The position numbers and the translations under genes were made by a program. From Chloroflexota bacterium (GTDB taxonomy: Bacteria; Chloroflexota; UBA11872), in NCBI GenBank assembly GCA_011523785.1, contig WTFW01000063.1, positions 1,615 through 65,614 on the forward strand: a stretch of 64,000 nt of DNA. Direction: 5' to 3'. Within the stretch, counting starts at the first letter, position 1. Each line of letters opens with the position of its first letter. Under the pieces are notes generated by a model. That model did not search any database, was not told the DNA's origin, and saw nothing but the letters and a program-made list of their open reading frames with translations. This document shows positions 21,001 through 31,898 of this stretch, piece after piece.

Positions 21001-22742
21001 TGGACGTGGCCCAGGACGTGATTGTCATGGGCGACGACTGCGGCACGTTGGACGGAATTCCCGTGGAAGTCGGGACCCTGGACGAGGTGCTGGATTCCGT
21101 GGGCGTCCGCTGCTTTGGCCGCTTTCCGGCGCGACCGATCGTGCATCCGGACACCGGCGAGATTATCGTGCCGTTGGGCACGCTGATCGATCACGACCTG
21201 GTCAAGCTGATTGATGACGCCGGCGTGCAGTCGGCCACGGTCCGATCGCCCATGACCTGCGCCAACGCTCGCGGCCTGTGCCAGATGTGCTACGGCATGG
21301 ACCTGGCTCGCCACGGATTGGTGGCGGAGGGCGCCGCCGTTGGCATCATCGCCGCCCAGTCCATGGGCGAGCCGGCGACGCAGCTCACGATGCGGACCTT
21401 CCATCTGGGTGGCATCGCGACCGTGGGCGCGGACATCGTGGATAAGGAGCAGGGCTTGCCGCGAGTGCAGGAACTCTTCGAGGCGCGGATCCCCAAGGGT
21501 GTCGCCGTGATGAGCGACATCGACGGCACGGTCGAAGTCATTGAAGAGGACGAGCAGCGGCGAGTACGGGTTGTTTCAGCTCACGTGCACGAGTACGAGT
21601 ACACGCTTGAGCCGGGCATGGTCCCGATTGTCGACGACGGCGCCGACATTGCCAGGAACGGGGTTCTGGCCGTGCCGACGGCCGAGGCGGAGGACCTGCT
21701 GGCTCGCAAGGCCAAGAGCAAGACCAACACGATCAGCAAGCGCGCGCTGGCCAAGGTCGCCGGCATTGGCGTCACGGCCGAGGCGGACGGCGTGGTGGAA
21801 ATCCACGAGGGCCGGATCGTCGTGCGCGCCGAAGAGGAAGATGTCAGCGAGTACCCGGTCTCGCTGGCCGCTGAACTGCGCGTACATAGCGGCGAATTTG
21901 TCCGCGAGGGCGATCAACTCACCGAAGGACCGCTTAACCCGCACGACATCCTGCGGCTGCGCGGCCGTGCCCAGTTGCAGCAGTACATCGTCAGTGAAGT
22001 CCAGCGTGTCTACCGCATGGTCGGCGTGGCGGTGAACGACAAGCACATCGAGATCATCATCCGCCAGATGCTTCGTCACAACACCGTGGACACGCCGGGT
22101 GACACCTCGCTCTTGCCGGGCACGCTGGTCGACCGGTCCACGCTTGCCCAGACCAACGTGCAAGTCGCGGAAACCGGCGGCCAGGCTGCGGACTCGCACG
22201 AAGTGTTGCTGGGCGTGACCAAGGCCTCGTTGAATAACGAGAGTTTTCTGGCCGCGGCATCGTTCCAGGACACCACGCGCGTGCTCACAGAAGCCGTGGT
22301 GGAAGGCAAGACCGATCAGTTGCATGGGCTGAAGGAGAACGTGATCATCGGCAAGCTCATTCCGGCCGGTACGGGATGGGATCGCTATCACGGTCCGGCG
22401 CTCGAAGCCCCCAGCCAGTCGGACGTCCTGATCGACACCGAGGCCATGCACATGGCCGAGGGGGTGTCGCTTGACGATCTGCGCGATCCCGACAATGGCG
22501 CTGACGCGGCTCCGGACCTGGACATCGGCGCCCAGGCCGGTGTCGCGGCGGGCGGTGCGCCGCCAATGGACGCCGCCGAAAGCGACCTGCTGGCCGGCAT
22601 TGAAGCGTCGCCAAGCGGCGCTAGCGATGAGTTTGCCGATTTCCTGCGCCCCTCGGAGGAGCTCGGTATCGACGAATCGTCGGCCGTACGTCCGGATCCG
22701 GCGGCGGACGGCGAAAACGTTGACGATGGGGAAAGCCGGTGA
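18096..22742 (+). CDS. rpoC: DNA-directed RNA polymerase beta' subunit
   Basis: N-terminal Zn finger, catalytic NADFDGD, bridge helix, trigger loop and [17 protein letters not shown]. Confidence 0.99.
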   Translation: MLEVNKFSAIRIHLASPDQVRSWSYGEVAKPETINYRTLKPERDGLFCERIFGPTKDWECACGKYKRVRFRGIICDKCGVEVTRSRVRRERMGHIELAAPITHIWFLKGTPSRIGQVLDITPRDLEKIVYFASFIVTDLDAEARDEALGRLDQDLADYIEEIEDQAAIRLGDEQERLEDQVAQLDSQLSDELKRLDTEVQASAESINKEIAAPRKLLTAVGHMSQQKLERDIALSWMSDPLIAAGEKPPADALAQLDAAADAAIADVTSRFEAEKSGASERFNQTKAMERRESEQNVARIEEDRVRDIGDAREFYEERRKDLGTLERGQLLSEPRHQDLTRTCGDVLDAGGRVRHPSVFEAGIGAEAILDLIADVNLDELADELREELNATSKQRQKKAAKRLKVVEAFRRSGNRPEWMILNVLPVLPPELRPMVQLDGGRFATSDLNDLYRRVINRNNRLKRLIELGAPEIIVRNEKRMLQEAVDALIDNGRRGRAVTGSSNHPYKSLSDLLRGKQGRFRQNLLGKRVDYSGRSVIVVGPHLNLNQCGLPTKMALELFKPFVMRKLVDDGHASNIKSAKRMVEHPEPLVWDALEEVTRDHPVLLNRAPTLHRLGIQAFDIVLVRGSAIQIHPLVCTAFNADFDGDQMAVHVPLSRAAQDEARHIMKSTHNILSPADGTPIVSPTKDMVLGAYYLTQSQSDDRAEDDLPAFANFTDAMLAFDHNAVDLQDRIRLRVTPVDFPDEVAGQDGPAFITTTIGRIMLNQAIPRELRFVNEQLDKGGLRRVIEMVFFNTDMDVTGEVANQLKNLGMQWATRSGVTMGITDLEIPAVKRQVEQETDARVSAIRASFDDGLITDDERYRLTVKAWTDAMATVSSSVETSLDPMSPVFMMGNSGAAKGNFDQIRQISGMRGLMSNPAGRIIEMPVRANFREGMSAHEYFISTHGGRKGLADTALRTADSGYLTRRLVDVAQDVIVMGDDCGTLDGIPVEVGTLDEVLDSVGVRCFGRFPARPIVHPDTGEIIVPLGTLIDHDLVKLIDDAGVQSATVRSPMTCANARGLCQMCYGMDLARHGLVAEGAAVGIIAAQSMGEPATQLTMRTFHLGGIATVGADIVDKEQGLPRVQELFEARIPKGVAVMSDIDGTVEVIEEDEQRRVRVVSAHVHEYEYTLEPGMVPIVDDGADIARNGVLAVPTAEAEDLLARKAKSKTNTISKRALAKVAGIGVTAEADGVVEIHEGRIVVRAEEEDVSEYPVSLAAELRVHSGEFVREGDQLTEGPLNPHDILRLRGRAQLQQYIVSEVQRVYRMVGVAVNDKHIEIIIRQMLRHNTVDTPGDTSLLPGTLVDRSTLAQTNVQVAETGGQAADSHEVLLGVTKASLNNESFLAAASFQDTTRVLTEAVVEGKTDQLHGLKENVIIGKLIPAGTGWDRYHGPALEAPSQSDVLIDTEAMHMAEGVSLDDLRDPDNGADAAPDLDIGAQAGVAAGGAPPMDAAESDLLAGIEASPSGASDEFADFLRPSEELGIDESSAVRPDPAADGENVDDGESR

Positions 22743-22789
22743 TAGGCTTTCCGATGTCGCGTGCGGTGCGTTGCCGCCGCGCCTTTTCT
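22730..22789 (+). terminator. Two hairpins at the end of rpoC; the second is weakly terminator-like
   Basis: GGAAAGCC/GGCTTTCC spans the stop codon. GCGGTG/TGCCGC stem is followed by CCTTTTCT. Confidence 0.35.
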
Positions 22790-22814
22790 ACGTAAGGGAT
22801 CCGTAGGTTCAACC

Positions 22815-23228
22815 GTGCCGACGATTAATCAGCTCGTTCGCAAGGGACGAAAGCAGCGCCGGAGCAAGTTGAAGGCGCCGGCGTTGCATTACTCCTATAA
22901 CGGGTTGCGGCGACGCATGCAGCGTGGCGAAGGTTCCCCGCAGAAGCGGGGCGTTTGCACGTTGGTTCGCACGGTAACGCCAAAGAAGCCCAATTCGGCG
23001 CTACGCAAGGTGGCGCGGGTACGCCTATCGAATGGAATTGAAGTGACCGCCTATATCCCGGGCGAGGGTCATCGACTTCAGGAGCATTCGGTGGTGTTGA
23101 TCCGTGGCGGCCGGGTTCGCGACCTGCCGGGTGTTCGATATCACATCGTGCGCGGAACTTTGGACGCGGATGGTGTGGAAGGCCGCCGTCGAAGCCGGTC
23201 GAAATACGGCGCGAAGCGCGGGAGTTAG
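22815..23228 (+). CDS. rpsL: 30S ribosomal protein S12
   Basis: GTG start giving [12 protein letters not shown]. Motifs [11 protein letters not shown] and [14 protein letters not shown]. Confidence 0.99.
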   Translation: MPTINQLVRKGRKQRRSKLKAPALHYSYNGLRRRMQRGEGSPQKRGVCTLVRTVTPKKPNSALRKVARVRLSNGIEVTAYIPGEGHRLQEHSVVLIRGGRVRDLPGVRYHIVRGTLDADGVEGRRRSRSKYGAKRGS

Positions 23229-23299
23229 AGGCAGGGTACGGCCGCGGATCCGATGATCTTTACCGAACGTGTCGCCGCTCAGCGGCAAGCCTCCCTCTG

Positions 23300-23770
23300 A
23301 TGCCTCGCCGTAAACGGCCGGAGCGCCGCGTGATTCCACCGGACCCGCGCTTCAACAACCGCACGGTCCAGCGCTTTATCAACAAGGTCATGCTGAGCGG
23401 CAAGAAGTCGCTTTCGCAGCGGATCGTCTACCGCGCCTTCGACATCATTGAAGGCCGTACCGGTGCGCCCGCGATTGACGTCTTTGAAGCCGCCGTACGC
23501 AACGCGATGCCGCAGATTGAAGTCAAGCCGCGACGCGTGGGTGGCGCGAATTATCAGGTTCCCGTGGAGATTCGCGGGGATCGTCGCTACTCATTGGCCG
23601 TGCGCTGGCTGATCGACGCTTCGCGGAATCGTGGTGGCCGCTCCATGCCCGAACGCTTGGCGGCGGAGCTGATGGAAGCGGCCGACGGACAGGGCGGTGC
23701 GGTTCGCCGGCGCGATGAGATGCATCGAATGGCGGAAGCAAACCGCGCGTTCGCAATTTACGCGTATTAG
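23300..23770 (+). CDS. rpsG: 30S ribosomal protein S7
   Basis: Motifs MPRR, GKKS, EVKPRRVGGANYQVP and HRMAEANRAFA. Confidence 0.99.
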   Translation: MPRRKRPERRVIPPDPRFNNRTVQRFINKVMLSGKKSLSQRIVYRAFDIIEGRTGAPAIDVFEAAVRNAMPQIEVKPRRVGGANYQVPVEIRGDRRYSLAVRWLIDASRNRGGRSMPERLAAELMEAADGQGGAVRRRDEMHRMAEANRAFAIYAY

Positions 23771-23794
23771 TTCCACCTGTCTGAATCCCGAGAC

Positions 23795-25876
23795 ATGAGG
23801 CCCATGAACACCCTGGATATTTCGCGCACGCGCAACATTGGAATCATTGCCCACATCGATGCGGGCAAGACCACCACCACCGAACGCATCCTGTTCTACT
23901 GCGGCCGGATTCACCGTGTTGGCGAAGTCCACGACGGCAACGCCCAGATGGATTGGATGGCGCAGGAACGTGAGCGGGGCATCACGATTGTGGCCGCCGC
24001 CACCACGGCTTCCTGGAACGACCACCGGATCAACATCATCGATACGCCGGGTCACGTTGACTTCACCGCTGAAGTCGAGCGTTCGTTGCGGGTGCTCGAT
24101 GGCGGGGTGGTCGTCTTTGACGCCGTTAATGGCGTGGAGCCGCAGTCGGAGACCGTCTGGCGGCAGGCAGACCGCTATAGCGTCCCGCGGATCGCCTTCA
24201 TCAACAAGATGGACCGGCGCGGGGCGGACTTTGACGCCACGATCGAATCGATCCGCGAACGGCTGGGCGCCAATCCCGTGCCTATCCAGATTCCGGTCGG
24301 CTTTGAAGCCGACTTCGAGGGCGTGATTGACCTGGTGGCCATGCACGTCATCCGCTGGCCGGCGGACAGTCTTGCAGCCCCTGAGCGAGGCCCGATTCCG
24401 GCGGAACTGGAAGCGTCCGCGCTCGACGCGCGCGAGCAAATGATCGAGGCCCTGGCTGAGCTCGATGACGACATTGCCACCAAGTACCTGGATGGCGAGG
24501 ACCTCCCGACCGCCGAGTTGAAGGTCGCCCTACGGCGGATGACCGTGGCGGCCCAGGGAGTTCCGGTGCTGATGGGTTCCGCCTTGCGCAACAAGGGCAT
24601 CGAGCCGTTGCTGGACGCCATCACAGACTATCTCCCATCGCCGCTGGACGTTCCGCCGGTGACTGGAATCAACCCGAAGACCGGCGCGGAAGAGCAACGG
24701 CGTCCCGCGGAAGACGATCCGTTCACCGCGATCGCGTTCAAGATCGTGGCCGATCCGCACGCCGGCAAGCTGGCCTACTTCCGCGTGTATTCGGGGTCGA
24801 TCAAGCCGGGGGCGACCGTGCTGAATACGGCCGCCGGCAAGCGCGAGCGCCTTTCACGCGTTCTGCGGATGCACGCCGACAAGCGCGAGGAAGTTACCGA
24901 CGCAATCCGCTACGGCGACATCCTGGCCGCCGTGGGAGTCCGCGCGACCAATACCGGCGACACCCTGACGGACCCCAAGTACCCCCTGCAACTGGAGTCC
25001 ATCACCTTCCCCGAGCCCGTGGTGACCATCGCCATCGAACCGAAGAGCCGCGGCGACCAGGACAAGATTATCGACGCGCTGCGGCGGCTGGGTGAGGAAG
25101 ATCCGACCTTCCGAATCAGCGCCAATGAGGAGACGGGGCAGACGCTTATTGCCGGCATGGGCGAGTTGCATCTTGAGGTCATCGTCGACCGCCTGCTTCG
25201 CGAGTACCGGGTGGGCGCTAATGTCGGCCGGCCGCAGGTGTCCTACCGCGAGCGCCCCCGCCGGGAAGCCACCGGGCGTGGCCGCTTCATTCGCCAAACC
25301 GGCGGTCGCGGGCAGTATGGCGACGTGACGGTTGAGCTTGAGCCGCTGGCGTTGGGTACGGGCGTTCAGATTGAACGGCGCATCGTGGGCGGTGCAATTC
25401 CCGTGCAGTTCATTCCCGCCGCCGAGCGCGGGGCCGCGCGCCGGTTGACCAGCGGCCCGCAGGGCATGGAGGTCACCGACGTTCGCATCACCCTGGTCGA
25501 CGGCTCGCACCACGAGGTCGACTCGTCGGAACTCGCGTTTGAGATCGCCGGCGCCATGGCGGTGGAGGACGCGCTGAACCAGGCGCGAACGGATGTGATG
25601 GAGCCGGTAATGGGCGTGCAAGTCGTTGTGCCCGAGGACTACGTGGGCGACACGCTGGCCGGTTTGGCCGCCAAACGGGGCACCATCCACGGCGCTGACA
25701 TGCGTGGCGGATCGCACATCATCGCGGCCGAGGTACCGCTGGCGACAATGTTCGGGTACGCTAACGAGTTGCGTTCGGCGACGCAGGGTCGCGGAACGTT
25801 CTCGATGGAATTTTCCCACTACGCGGTTACCCAACGAGCAGGTGCCGCGGACGGAGTTCTGACGCCGGTTTCGTAA
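23795..25876 (+). CDS. fusA: Elongation factor G
   Basis: Motifs [28 protein letters not shown] and GMGELHL; str operon position. Alternative start at 23804. Confidence 0.97.
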   Translation: MRPMNTLDISRTRNIGIIAHIDAGKTTTTERILFYCGRIHRVGEVHDGNAQMDWMAQERERGITIVAAATTASWNDHRINIIDTPGHVDFTAEVERSLRVLDGGVVVFDAVNGVEPQSETVWRQADRYSVPRIAFINKMDRRGADFDATIESIRERLGANPVPIQIPVGFEADFEGVIDLVAMHVIRWPADSLAAPERGPIPAELEASALDAREQMIEALAELDDDIATKYLDGEDLPTAELKVALRRMTVAAQGVPVLMGSALRNKGIEPLLDAITDYLPSPLDVPPVTGINPKTGAEEQRRPAEDDPFTAIAFKIVADPHAGKLAYFRVYSGSIKPGATVLNTAAGKRERLSRVLRMHADKREEVTDAIRYGDILAAVGVRATNTGDTLTDPKYPLQLESITFPEPVVTIAIEPKSRGDQDKIIDALRRLGEEDPTFRISANEETGQTLIAGMGELHLEVIVDRLLREYRVGANVGRPQVSYRERPRREATGRGRFIRQTGGRGQYGDVTVELEPLALGTGVQIERRIVGGAIPVQFIPAAERGAARRLTSGPQGMEVTDVRITLVDGSHHEVDSSELAFEIAGAMAVEDALNQARTDVMEPVMGVQVVVPEDYVGDTLAGLAAKRGTIHGADMRGGSHIIAAEVPLATMFGYANELRSATQGRGTFSMEFSHYAVTQRAGAADGVLTPVS

Positions 25877-25905
25877 CCGCGTACTGCGCAGGAGCACAGG
25901 AGCGA

Positions 25906-27108
25906 ATGGCACGCCAACACTTTGAACGAACCAAGCCGCACGTCAATGTCGGCACGATTGGCCATGTCGACCACGGCAAGACCACGTTGACCGCCGCGAT
26001 TACCAAGGTGCTCTCATACAAGGAACTGGCCGACTTCATGGCCTTTGACGAGATCGACCGAGCGCCTGAGGAAAAGGAACGCGGGATCACGATTTCCATC
26101 ACGCACGCCGAGTACGAGACCGAGAGCCGGCATTACGCGCACATCGACGCGCCCGGCCACCGGGACTACATCAAGAACATGATCACCGGCGCCGCCCAGA
26201 TGGATGGCGCGATCCTGGTCGTTGGCGCGGACGACGGGCCGATGCCCCAGACCTACGAGCACGTGCTCCTGGCTCGCCAAGTTGATGTGCCCGCAATCGT
26301 GGTCTTTCTCAACAAGGCCGACATTGTCGAGGACGAGGAGCTACTGGAGCTCGTTGAGCTCGAGCTTCGCGACCTCTTGAACAAGTACGACTTTGACGGC
26401 GACAACGCGCCGATCATTCCGGGCAGCGCGCTGTTAGCTCTGGAGTCGGAGAGCACGGACCTGGATGCGCCCGAGTACCAGCCGATTCTCGAACTCATGG
26501 AGGCCGTGGACACCTACATCCCGCAGCCGGAGCGTCCAGTCGACCAGCCGTTCCTGATGCCGGTTGAGGACGTCTTTGGAATCAAAGGCCGCGGCACCGT
26601 GGTCACGGGCCGCGTCGAACGCGGCAAGGTTCAGGTCGGAGAGCAGATCGATATCGTCGGTATGCGCTCCGAGATTGACCAGCGCGTTGTCACCGGCGTG
26701 GAGATGTTCCGCAAGACGCTCGATGAAGGCGTCGCCGGCGACAACGTCGGCTGCCTCCTGCGCGGAATCGAGCGTGACGAGGTCGAGCGCGGCATGGTGT
26801 TGGCCAAAACCGGCTCGATCACCCCGCACACCGAATTCCACGCACAGGTTTATGTGCTGACGCGGGACGAGGGTGGGCGCCACACGCCGTTTTTCAGCGG
26901 CTATCGTCCGCAGTTCTACATTCGGACGACGGACGTAACCGGCGAGATCGAGTTGCCGGCCGGGACGGAAATGGTGGTTCCCGGCGACAACGTGGAGATG
27001 ACCGTTCGCCTGCACCAGCCGATCGCGCTGGAAGACGGGGTCAACTTCGCCATTCGCGAAGGCGGCGTAACCGTCGGCGCGGGCGTTGTAACGAACATCG
27101 TCAAGTAA
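25906..27108 (+). CDS. tuf: Elongation factor Tu
   Basis: Motifs [28 protein letters not shown] and [16 protein letters not shown]. Confidence 0.99.
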   Translation: MARQHFERTKPHVNVGTIGHVDHGKTTLTAAITKVLSYKELADFMAFDEIDRAPEEKERGITISITHAEYETESRHYAHIDAPGHRDYIKNMITGAAQMDGAILVVGADDGPMPQTYEHVLLARQVDVPAIVVFLNKADIVEDEELLELVELELRDLLNKYDFDGDNAPIIPGSALLALESESTDLDAPEYQPILELMEAVDTYIPQPERPVDQPFLMPVEDVFGIKGRGTVVTGRVERGKVQVGEQIDIVGMRSEIDQRVVTGVEMFRKTLDEGVAGDNVGCLLRGIERDEVERGMVLAKTGSITPHTEFHAQVYVLTRDEGGRHTPFFSGYRPQFYIRTTDVTGEIELPAGTEMVVPGDNVEMTVRLHQPIALEDGVNFAIREGGVTVGAGVVTNIVK

Positions 27109-27111
27109 CCC

Positions 27112-27504
27112 ATGGCACAAGCGCGCACGCGACCGCCACGCCAGGCTTCATTGGAAGCCTCGGCGCGGCGTGCCCCTGCGCGGCCGCGACGGCAGTCGCC
27201 CACGCAGCGGATCAGAATCCGCCTGAAGGCGTACGACCACCGGGTGCTGGACGATGCGGCCCGGCGAATCATTGACACCGCCGGGCGGACGGGCGCCGAC
27301 GTGCGCGGACCGATTCCGCTGCCTACGGAGCGCAAGACGTGGACGGTGATTCGATCGCCGTTTATCGATAAGGACTCGCGCGAGCAGTTCGAAATGCGCA
27401 CGCACAAGCGCCTGATTGACGTCATAGACCCCACACCGCAAACGATGGACGAACTCCTGCGGCTGCAATTGGCGGCAGGTGTTGACATCGAGTTGAAGTC
27501 GTAG
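27112..27504 (+). CDS. rpsJ: 30S ribosomal protein S10 (N-terminally extended)
   Basis: Motifs [17 protein letters not shown] and [13 protein letters not shown]. Confidence 0.97.
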   Translation: MAQARTRPPRQASLEASARRAPARPRRQSPTQRIRIRLKAYDHRVLDDAARRIIDTAGRTGADVRGPIPLPTERKTWTVIRSPFIDKDSREQFEMRTHKRLIDVIDPTPQTMDELLRLQLAAGVDIELKS

Positions 27505-27506
27505 CC

Positions 27507-28148
27507 ATGTCCGTAGGACTGATCGGCCGCAAGCTGGGCATGACGCAGGTGTTCGACGAGCAAGGCCGCGCCCTGGGCGTTTCGGTCATCCAGGCTGGTC
27601 CTTGTCACGTCACCCAGGTGCGTACCGAAGCAGACGACGGCTACTCGGCCGTGCAACTCGGCTTCGACCCCGTGCCCGAGCGCCGACTGACCCGAGCCGA
27701 ACGTGGTCATCTGGGTCGCCTTCCGCCATATCGTGTGCTCCGCGAGTTCCGGGCCGACGAGGGCGCGGATGTCTCGGTGGGAGATGAACTAACCGTGGCC
27801 AACGTGGAGCTTGGCGAGCGAGTCGATGTGGTCAGCGTGTCAAAAGGCAAGGGTTTCGCTGGTGTCGTGAAGCGCCATGGATTCAGAGGCGGCAAGCGAA
27901 CCCACGGGCAGTCTGACCGCGAACGCGCGCCTGGATCGGTTGGCGCGGGCACATCGCCAAGCCGTGTTTTCAAAGGTACGCGTATGGCTGGACGTATGGG
28001 CGGGGGCCGGGCTACATCCCGCAACCTGACCGTGGCGAAGGTCGACGTCGAACGAGGACTTGTTCTCCTGGTAGGGGCCGTGCCCGGGCCGCGCGATACG
28101 GTCGTCGCGATCCGGCCGGTTCGCAAGTCGATTCGGAAGATGGATTGA
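27507..28148 (+). CDS. rplC: 50S ribosomal protein L3
   Basis: Motifs [19 protein letters not shown] and [13 protein letters not shown]. Confidence 0.98.
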   Translation: MSVGLIGRKLGMTQVFDEQGRALGVSVIQAGPCHVTQVRTEADDGYSAVQLGFDPVPERRLTRAERGHLGRLPPYRVLREFRADEGADVSVGDELTVANVELGERVDVVSVSKGKGFAGVVKRHGFRGGKRTHGQSDRERAPGSVGAGTSPSRVFKGTRMAGRMGGGRATSRNLTVAKVDVERGLVLLVGAVPGPRDTVVAIRPVRKSIRKMD

Positions 28149-28759
28149 TGGCTGCCGAAGTGCCGGCGTCAGCCGAAATCTCTCCCGTTGCCAGCGACTG
28201 CTTTGGTGATTCCGACGCGTCCGCTGAGTTGCTGCATCGCATGCTGACCGCACATGCCGCCAGTCAGCGCCAGGGCACGGCTAACACCAAGAGCCGCGGC
28301 GAGGTCGCGGCCAGTACGGCCAAGCTCTACCGGCAGAAGGGCACCGGCCGAGCCCGCGCCGGAAGCGCCCGTTCGCCCATCCGGCGAGGGGGCGGCGTGG
28401 CATTTGGCCCCAAGCCGCGCCGGACGCGCCTGCACGTGAACAAGCGAGAGCGCCGTCAAGCCGTACGCGCGCTCCTGGCAGCCAAGGCTGCTGATGAATC
28501 CATCCGTGTGGCGGCATCGTGGGGCGATTCACCCAAGACTCGCGACCGCGCCGCATGGTTGCGAGCCGCCGGTCTGGCAGGACGTGTGCTGCTGGTGGAC
28601 GTTGACCCGCCGGAAGAACTGCGGCGCTCGGCGCGCAACATTCCCAACGTGGACGTTGAGCGGGCCGATACCCTGAACTTCTACGACATTGCCGTCGCCG
28701 ACCACATTGTGACCAGCCAGCCGGCGTTGGATGCGCTGCAGCGGCGAGTTGGCGCATGA
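28148..28759 (+). CDS. rplD: 50S ribosomal protein L4
   Basis: Motifs RQGTANTKSRGEV, RQKGTGRAR and GGGVAFGPKPR; TGATG overlap with rplC. Confidence 0.97.
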   Translation: MAAEVPASAEISPVASDCFGDSDASAELLHRMLTAHAASQRQGTANTKSRGEVAASTAKLYRQKGTGRARAGSARSPIRRGGGVAFGPKPRRTRLHVNKRERRQAVRALLAAKAADESIRVAASWGDSPKTRDRAAWLRAAGLAGRVLLVDVDPPEELRRSARNIPNVDVERADTLNFYDIAVADHIVTSQPALDALQRRVGA

Positions 28760-29040
28760 ACCCTTCCGACGTCATTACGCGGCCAATCGTGACCGAGAAA
28801 TCCACCGCGCTCAGTGAACTCGGGAAGTACGTCTTCCAGGTTCGGCGCGGGGCCTCCAAGCACGCGGTCAAGCGCGCCGTTGAAGCCATGTTTCACGTGG
28901 AAGTGTCATCGGTCAACGTAATGAACGTACGTGGAAAGCCGCGACGGATGGGACGATTTGAAGGCCAGCGCTCCAACTGGCGAAAGGCCGTGGTGACCCT
29001 GCGCGAGGGCCACAGCATTGAAGTGGTGCCAGGGGTCTAG
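28756..29040 (+). CDS. rplW: 50S ribosomal protein L23
   Basis: Motifs RPIVTEKS and WRKAVVTL. Confidence 0.97.
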   Translation: MNPSDVITRPIVTEKSTALSELGKYVFQVRRGASKHAVKRAVEAMFHVEVSSVNVMNVRGKPRRMGRFEGQRSNWRKAVVTLREGHSIEVVPGV

Positions 29041-29043
29041 CCG

Positions 29044-29874
29044 ATGGGACTTCGTAACTTCAACCCAACGTCGCCAGGCCGGCGCGGCTATGTCGCCGTC
29101 GACAACGCGGAACTGTCAGGCGATCGGCCGCTGAAGAAGCTGCTGCGGCCGCTATCCAAGCGCGCCGGTCGAAACAACAGCGGACGGATCACCGTGCGAC
29201 ATCGCGGTGGCGGCTCGAAGCGGCGCTACCGTGTCATCGACTGGCACCGCGATAAGTCCGGCGTGCCGGCCGTGGTGGCTAGCATCGAATACGATCCCAA
29301 CCGGTCGGCCCACATTGCGCTCCTGCACTATCGTGACGGTGAGAAGCGGTACATCCTGGCGCCGGTGGGAATCGGCGTGGGCAGCGAACTCATCTCTGGC
29401 CCAGGCGTCGAGCCCCGGCCGGGGAACGCATTGCAGTTGTCTCGCATCCCGGCGGGTACGGAAGTGCATGCCGTTGAGATGACGCCCGGGCGCGGCGCCC
29501 AACTCGTGCGTTCGGCCGGCATGGTGTGCCAACTCATGGCCAAGGACCGCGGCTTTGCGACGCTTCGATTGCCGTCGGGCGAGATGCGTCAAGTGTCCGA
29601 TGCTTGTATGGCGACCGTGGGGCGCGTCGGAAACGCGGATCACAGCAATCAGTCGGCCGGGAAGGCCGGTCGGATACGCTGGCGCCGTCGCCGTCCGCAA
29701 GTGCGCGGCGCAGCCATGAACCCCACCGACCATCCGCACGGCGGCGGCGAGGGTAAAGCGCCGGTTGGCATGCCAGGGCCCAAGACGCCGTGGGGCAAGC
29801 CCACCCAGGGTCGCCGAACTCGCGTCGGACGGCGTCGCAGCGACAAGTTCATTGTGCGCCGGCGGAACAGGTAG
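29044..29874 (+). CDS. rplB: 50S ribosomal protein L2
   Basis: Motifs [18 protein letters not shown] and [13 protein letters not shown]. Confidence 0.99.
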   Translation: MGLRNFNPTSPGRRGYVAVDNAELSGDRPLKKLLRPLSKRAGRNNSGRITVRHRGGGSKRRYRVIDWHRDKSGVPAVVASIEYDPNRSAHIALLHYRDGEKRYILAPVGIGVGSELISGPGVEPRPGNALQLSRIPAGTEVHAVEMTPGRGAQLVRSAGMVCQLMAKDRGFATLRLPSGEMRQVSDACMATVGRVGNADHSNQSAGKAGRIRWRRRRPQVRGAAMNPTDHPHGGGEGKAPVGMPGPKTPWGKPTQGRRTRVGRRRSDKFIVRRRNR

Positions 29875-29880
29875 GACGGT

Positions 29881-30165
29881 ATGTCGCGCAGTACGAAAAA
29901 AGGTTGGTACATCCACCCAAAGCTTGAAAAGCGTGTTGCGGAAGCCTCGCGCAGTCGCCGGAAGCAGGTTATTCGCACCTGGAGCAGGGCCAGCGTGGTG
30001 CATCCGGAAATGGTCGGACTAACCATCGCCGTCCACGACGGGCGGCGTCACGTTCCGGTGTATATCTCAGAAAATATGGTCGGGCATCGGCTTGGCGAAT
30101 TCGCCCCGACACGCACGTTTCGCAGCCATGCGCGCGGACGTGCGACAGCGCCGATGGGACCCTGA
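29881..30165 (+). CDS. rpsS: 30S ribosomal protein S19
   Basis: Motifs IRTWSRAS and [13 protein letters not shown]. Confidence 0.98.
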   Translation: MSRSTKKGWYIHPKLEKRVAEASRSRRKQVIRTWSRASVVHPEMVGLTIAVHDGRRHVPVYISENMVGHRLGEFAPTRTFRSHARGRATAPMGP

Positions 30166-30168
30166 CCC

Positions 30169-30507
30169 ATGGAAGTTTCCGCAACCGCCAAGCACGTGCG
30201 CATGTCCCCCCAGCGTGGGCGGGCCATTGCACGTGAGTTGTCGGGACTTGAGATCGACCAGGCCATGGCTACCCTGGCGTTCATGCCCAACAGAGCGGCT
30301 GCTGAGATTGCCAAAGTGGTCAAGTCCGCGGCGGCCAACGCCGAGCACAACTACGCCCTGGACCGCGACGCGCTGCGCATTCAGTCAGTCGTCGTGAACG
30401 ACGGTCCTGCGCTTCGGCGCCATCGGCCCAGATCGCGTGGTCGGGTCGGGATGTACCTCAAGCGTTCCGGTCACATTACCGTGACCGTGGAAGACGGAAT
30501 GACATAG
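30169..30507 (+). CDS. rplV: 50S ribosomal protein L22
   Basis: Motifs VRMSPQ, SAAANAEHN and KRSGHITV. Confidence 0.97.
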   Translation: MEVSATAKHVRMSPQRGRAIARELSGLEIDQAMATLAFMPNRAAAEIAKVVKSAAANAEHNYALDRDALRIQSVVVNDGPALRRHRPRSRGRVGMYLKRSGHITVTVEDGMT

Positions 30508-30509
30508 GC

Positions 30510-31259
30510 ATGGGTCGCAAAGTTCATCCCATTGGATACCGCCTGGGCTACACCACGCGCTGGGAAAGTACCTGGTATGCCGACCGCGACTACACGGAAT
30601 TGCTGCTGGAAGATCTGGCAATCCGCGATCTGGTACGTGGCTACCTTGAAGCGCCCAACGGGCGCAATGCGGCGCGCCGCGGCGGCCGCCGGCGCGGCAG
30701 TTACGGGGCGGGGGTATCCAAGATTGAAATCGAGCGCCAGGTCAGCCAGGTTCGAGTAGTGATCCATACGGCGCGGCCGGGCATCGTGATCGGACGGGGT
30801 GGTAGCAACCGTGAGGAGATTCAGAATCGGATTGAACGGCATACCGGCAAGCGCGTAGTCGTGGATGTCGAAGAGATCGGCCAGCCCGAGCTCGATGCGT
30901 TTCTGGTTGTCCGCAATGTTGCCGATCAGCTTGAGCGTCGGGTTTCCTTCCGGCGGGCCATCAAGATGACGGCGGAACGAACCATGCGCGCGGGTGCGCA
31001 GGGCGTGAAGATTATGGTTAGCGGCCGCCTGGGCGGCCGCGAAATGTCGCGCAGCGAGTTTGAACTCCTGGGCACCGTCCCGCTCCAGACGTTGGACGCC
31101 GATATTGACTATGGCTTCACGGAGGCGCGAACGTCGGCCGGCCGGATCGGCGTCAAGGGCTGGGTCCACCGCGGGGCGGCTCGAGATGCAGCCGAGCTGT
31201 TCACGGAAACGGTATCGCGACCCGTTGCAGGCCGTCGGCGGCGGCCACCGCGAGGTTAG
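30510..31259 (+). CDS. rpsC: 30S ribosomal protein S3
   Basis: Motifs [30 protein letters not shown] and [11 protein letters not shown]. Confidence 0.98.
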   Translation: MGRKVHPIGYRLGYTTRWESTWYADRDYTELLLEDLAIRDLVRGYLEAPNGRNAARRGGRRRGSYGAGVSKIEIERQVSQVRVVIHTARPGIVIGRGGSNREEIQNRIERHTGKRVVVDVEEIGQPELDAFLVVRNVADQLERRVSFRRAIKMTAERTMRAGAQGVKIMVSGRLGGREMSRSEFELLGTVPLQTLDADIDYGFTEARTSAGRIGVKGWVHRGAARDAAELFTETVSRPVAGRRRRPPRG

Positions 31260-31261
31260 CC

Positions 31262-31687
31262 ATGCTGATGCCAAAGCGAACCAAATTCCGCAAGATGCAC
31301 CGGGGGCGCCGCCGCGGCCGGGCCGCGCGTGGCGACTCGCTCGTCTCGGGCGACTTCGGGCTGCAGGCCACCACGGTGGGATGGGTCGACAGTCGCGAGA
31401 TCGAGGCGGCTCGCCGGGCCATCACCCACTCGGTTCGGCGTACCGGCCAGCTCTGGATTCGCATCTTTCCTGACAAACCCATTACCCAGAAACCCGCCGA
31501 GGTCCGCATGGGCAGTGGGAAAGGCAATGTCGAGAGTTGGGTCGCCGTGATCAAGCCAGGCCGGATTCTCTTCGAACTGGCCGGCGTTGAAGAAGCGATG
31601 GCACGCGAAGCCATGCGCCTGGCCTCACACAAGCTCTCGGTTCAGACGCGTGTCGTATCACGTTCCGCGGAGGTCACCATTGGCTAA
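31262..31687 (+). CDS. rplP: 50S ribosomal protein L16
   Basis: Motifs [20 protein letters not shown] and RMGSGKG. Confidence 0.99.
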   Translation: MLMPKRTKFRKMHRGRRRGRAARGDSLVSGDFGLQATTVGWVDSREIEAARRAITHSVRRTGQLWIRIFPDKPITQKPAEVRMGSGKGNVESWVAVIKPGRILFELAGVEEAMAREAMRLASHKLSVQTRVVSRSAEVTIG

Positions 31688-31895
31688 GGCTGACCAGTTC
31701 CGGGACCTGAGCGATGACGAGCTGGAGACCCGGATTGCGGAAACCAAGGAAGAGCTTTTCCGGCTGCGTGTCCAGCACGCGACGTTGCAGTTGGCGGATA
31801 CATCGCAGCTTCGCCACGTGCGGCGCGATATCGCACGCATGCTGACCGTTCAGCGCGAACGCACGTTCGCGTCAATCCAGATGGAAGAAGGCTAA
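31680..31895 (+). CDS. rpmC: 50S ribosomal protein L29
   Basis: TTG start at 31680 after GGAGGT. Motifs KEELFRLR and [10 protein letters not shown]. Confidence 0.95.
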   Translation: MAKADQFRDLSDDELETRIAETKEELFRLRVQHATLQLADTSQLRHVRRDIARMLTVQRERTFASIQMEEG

Positions 31896-31898
31896 CCC

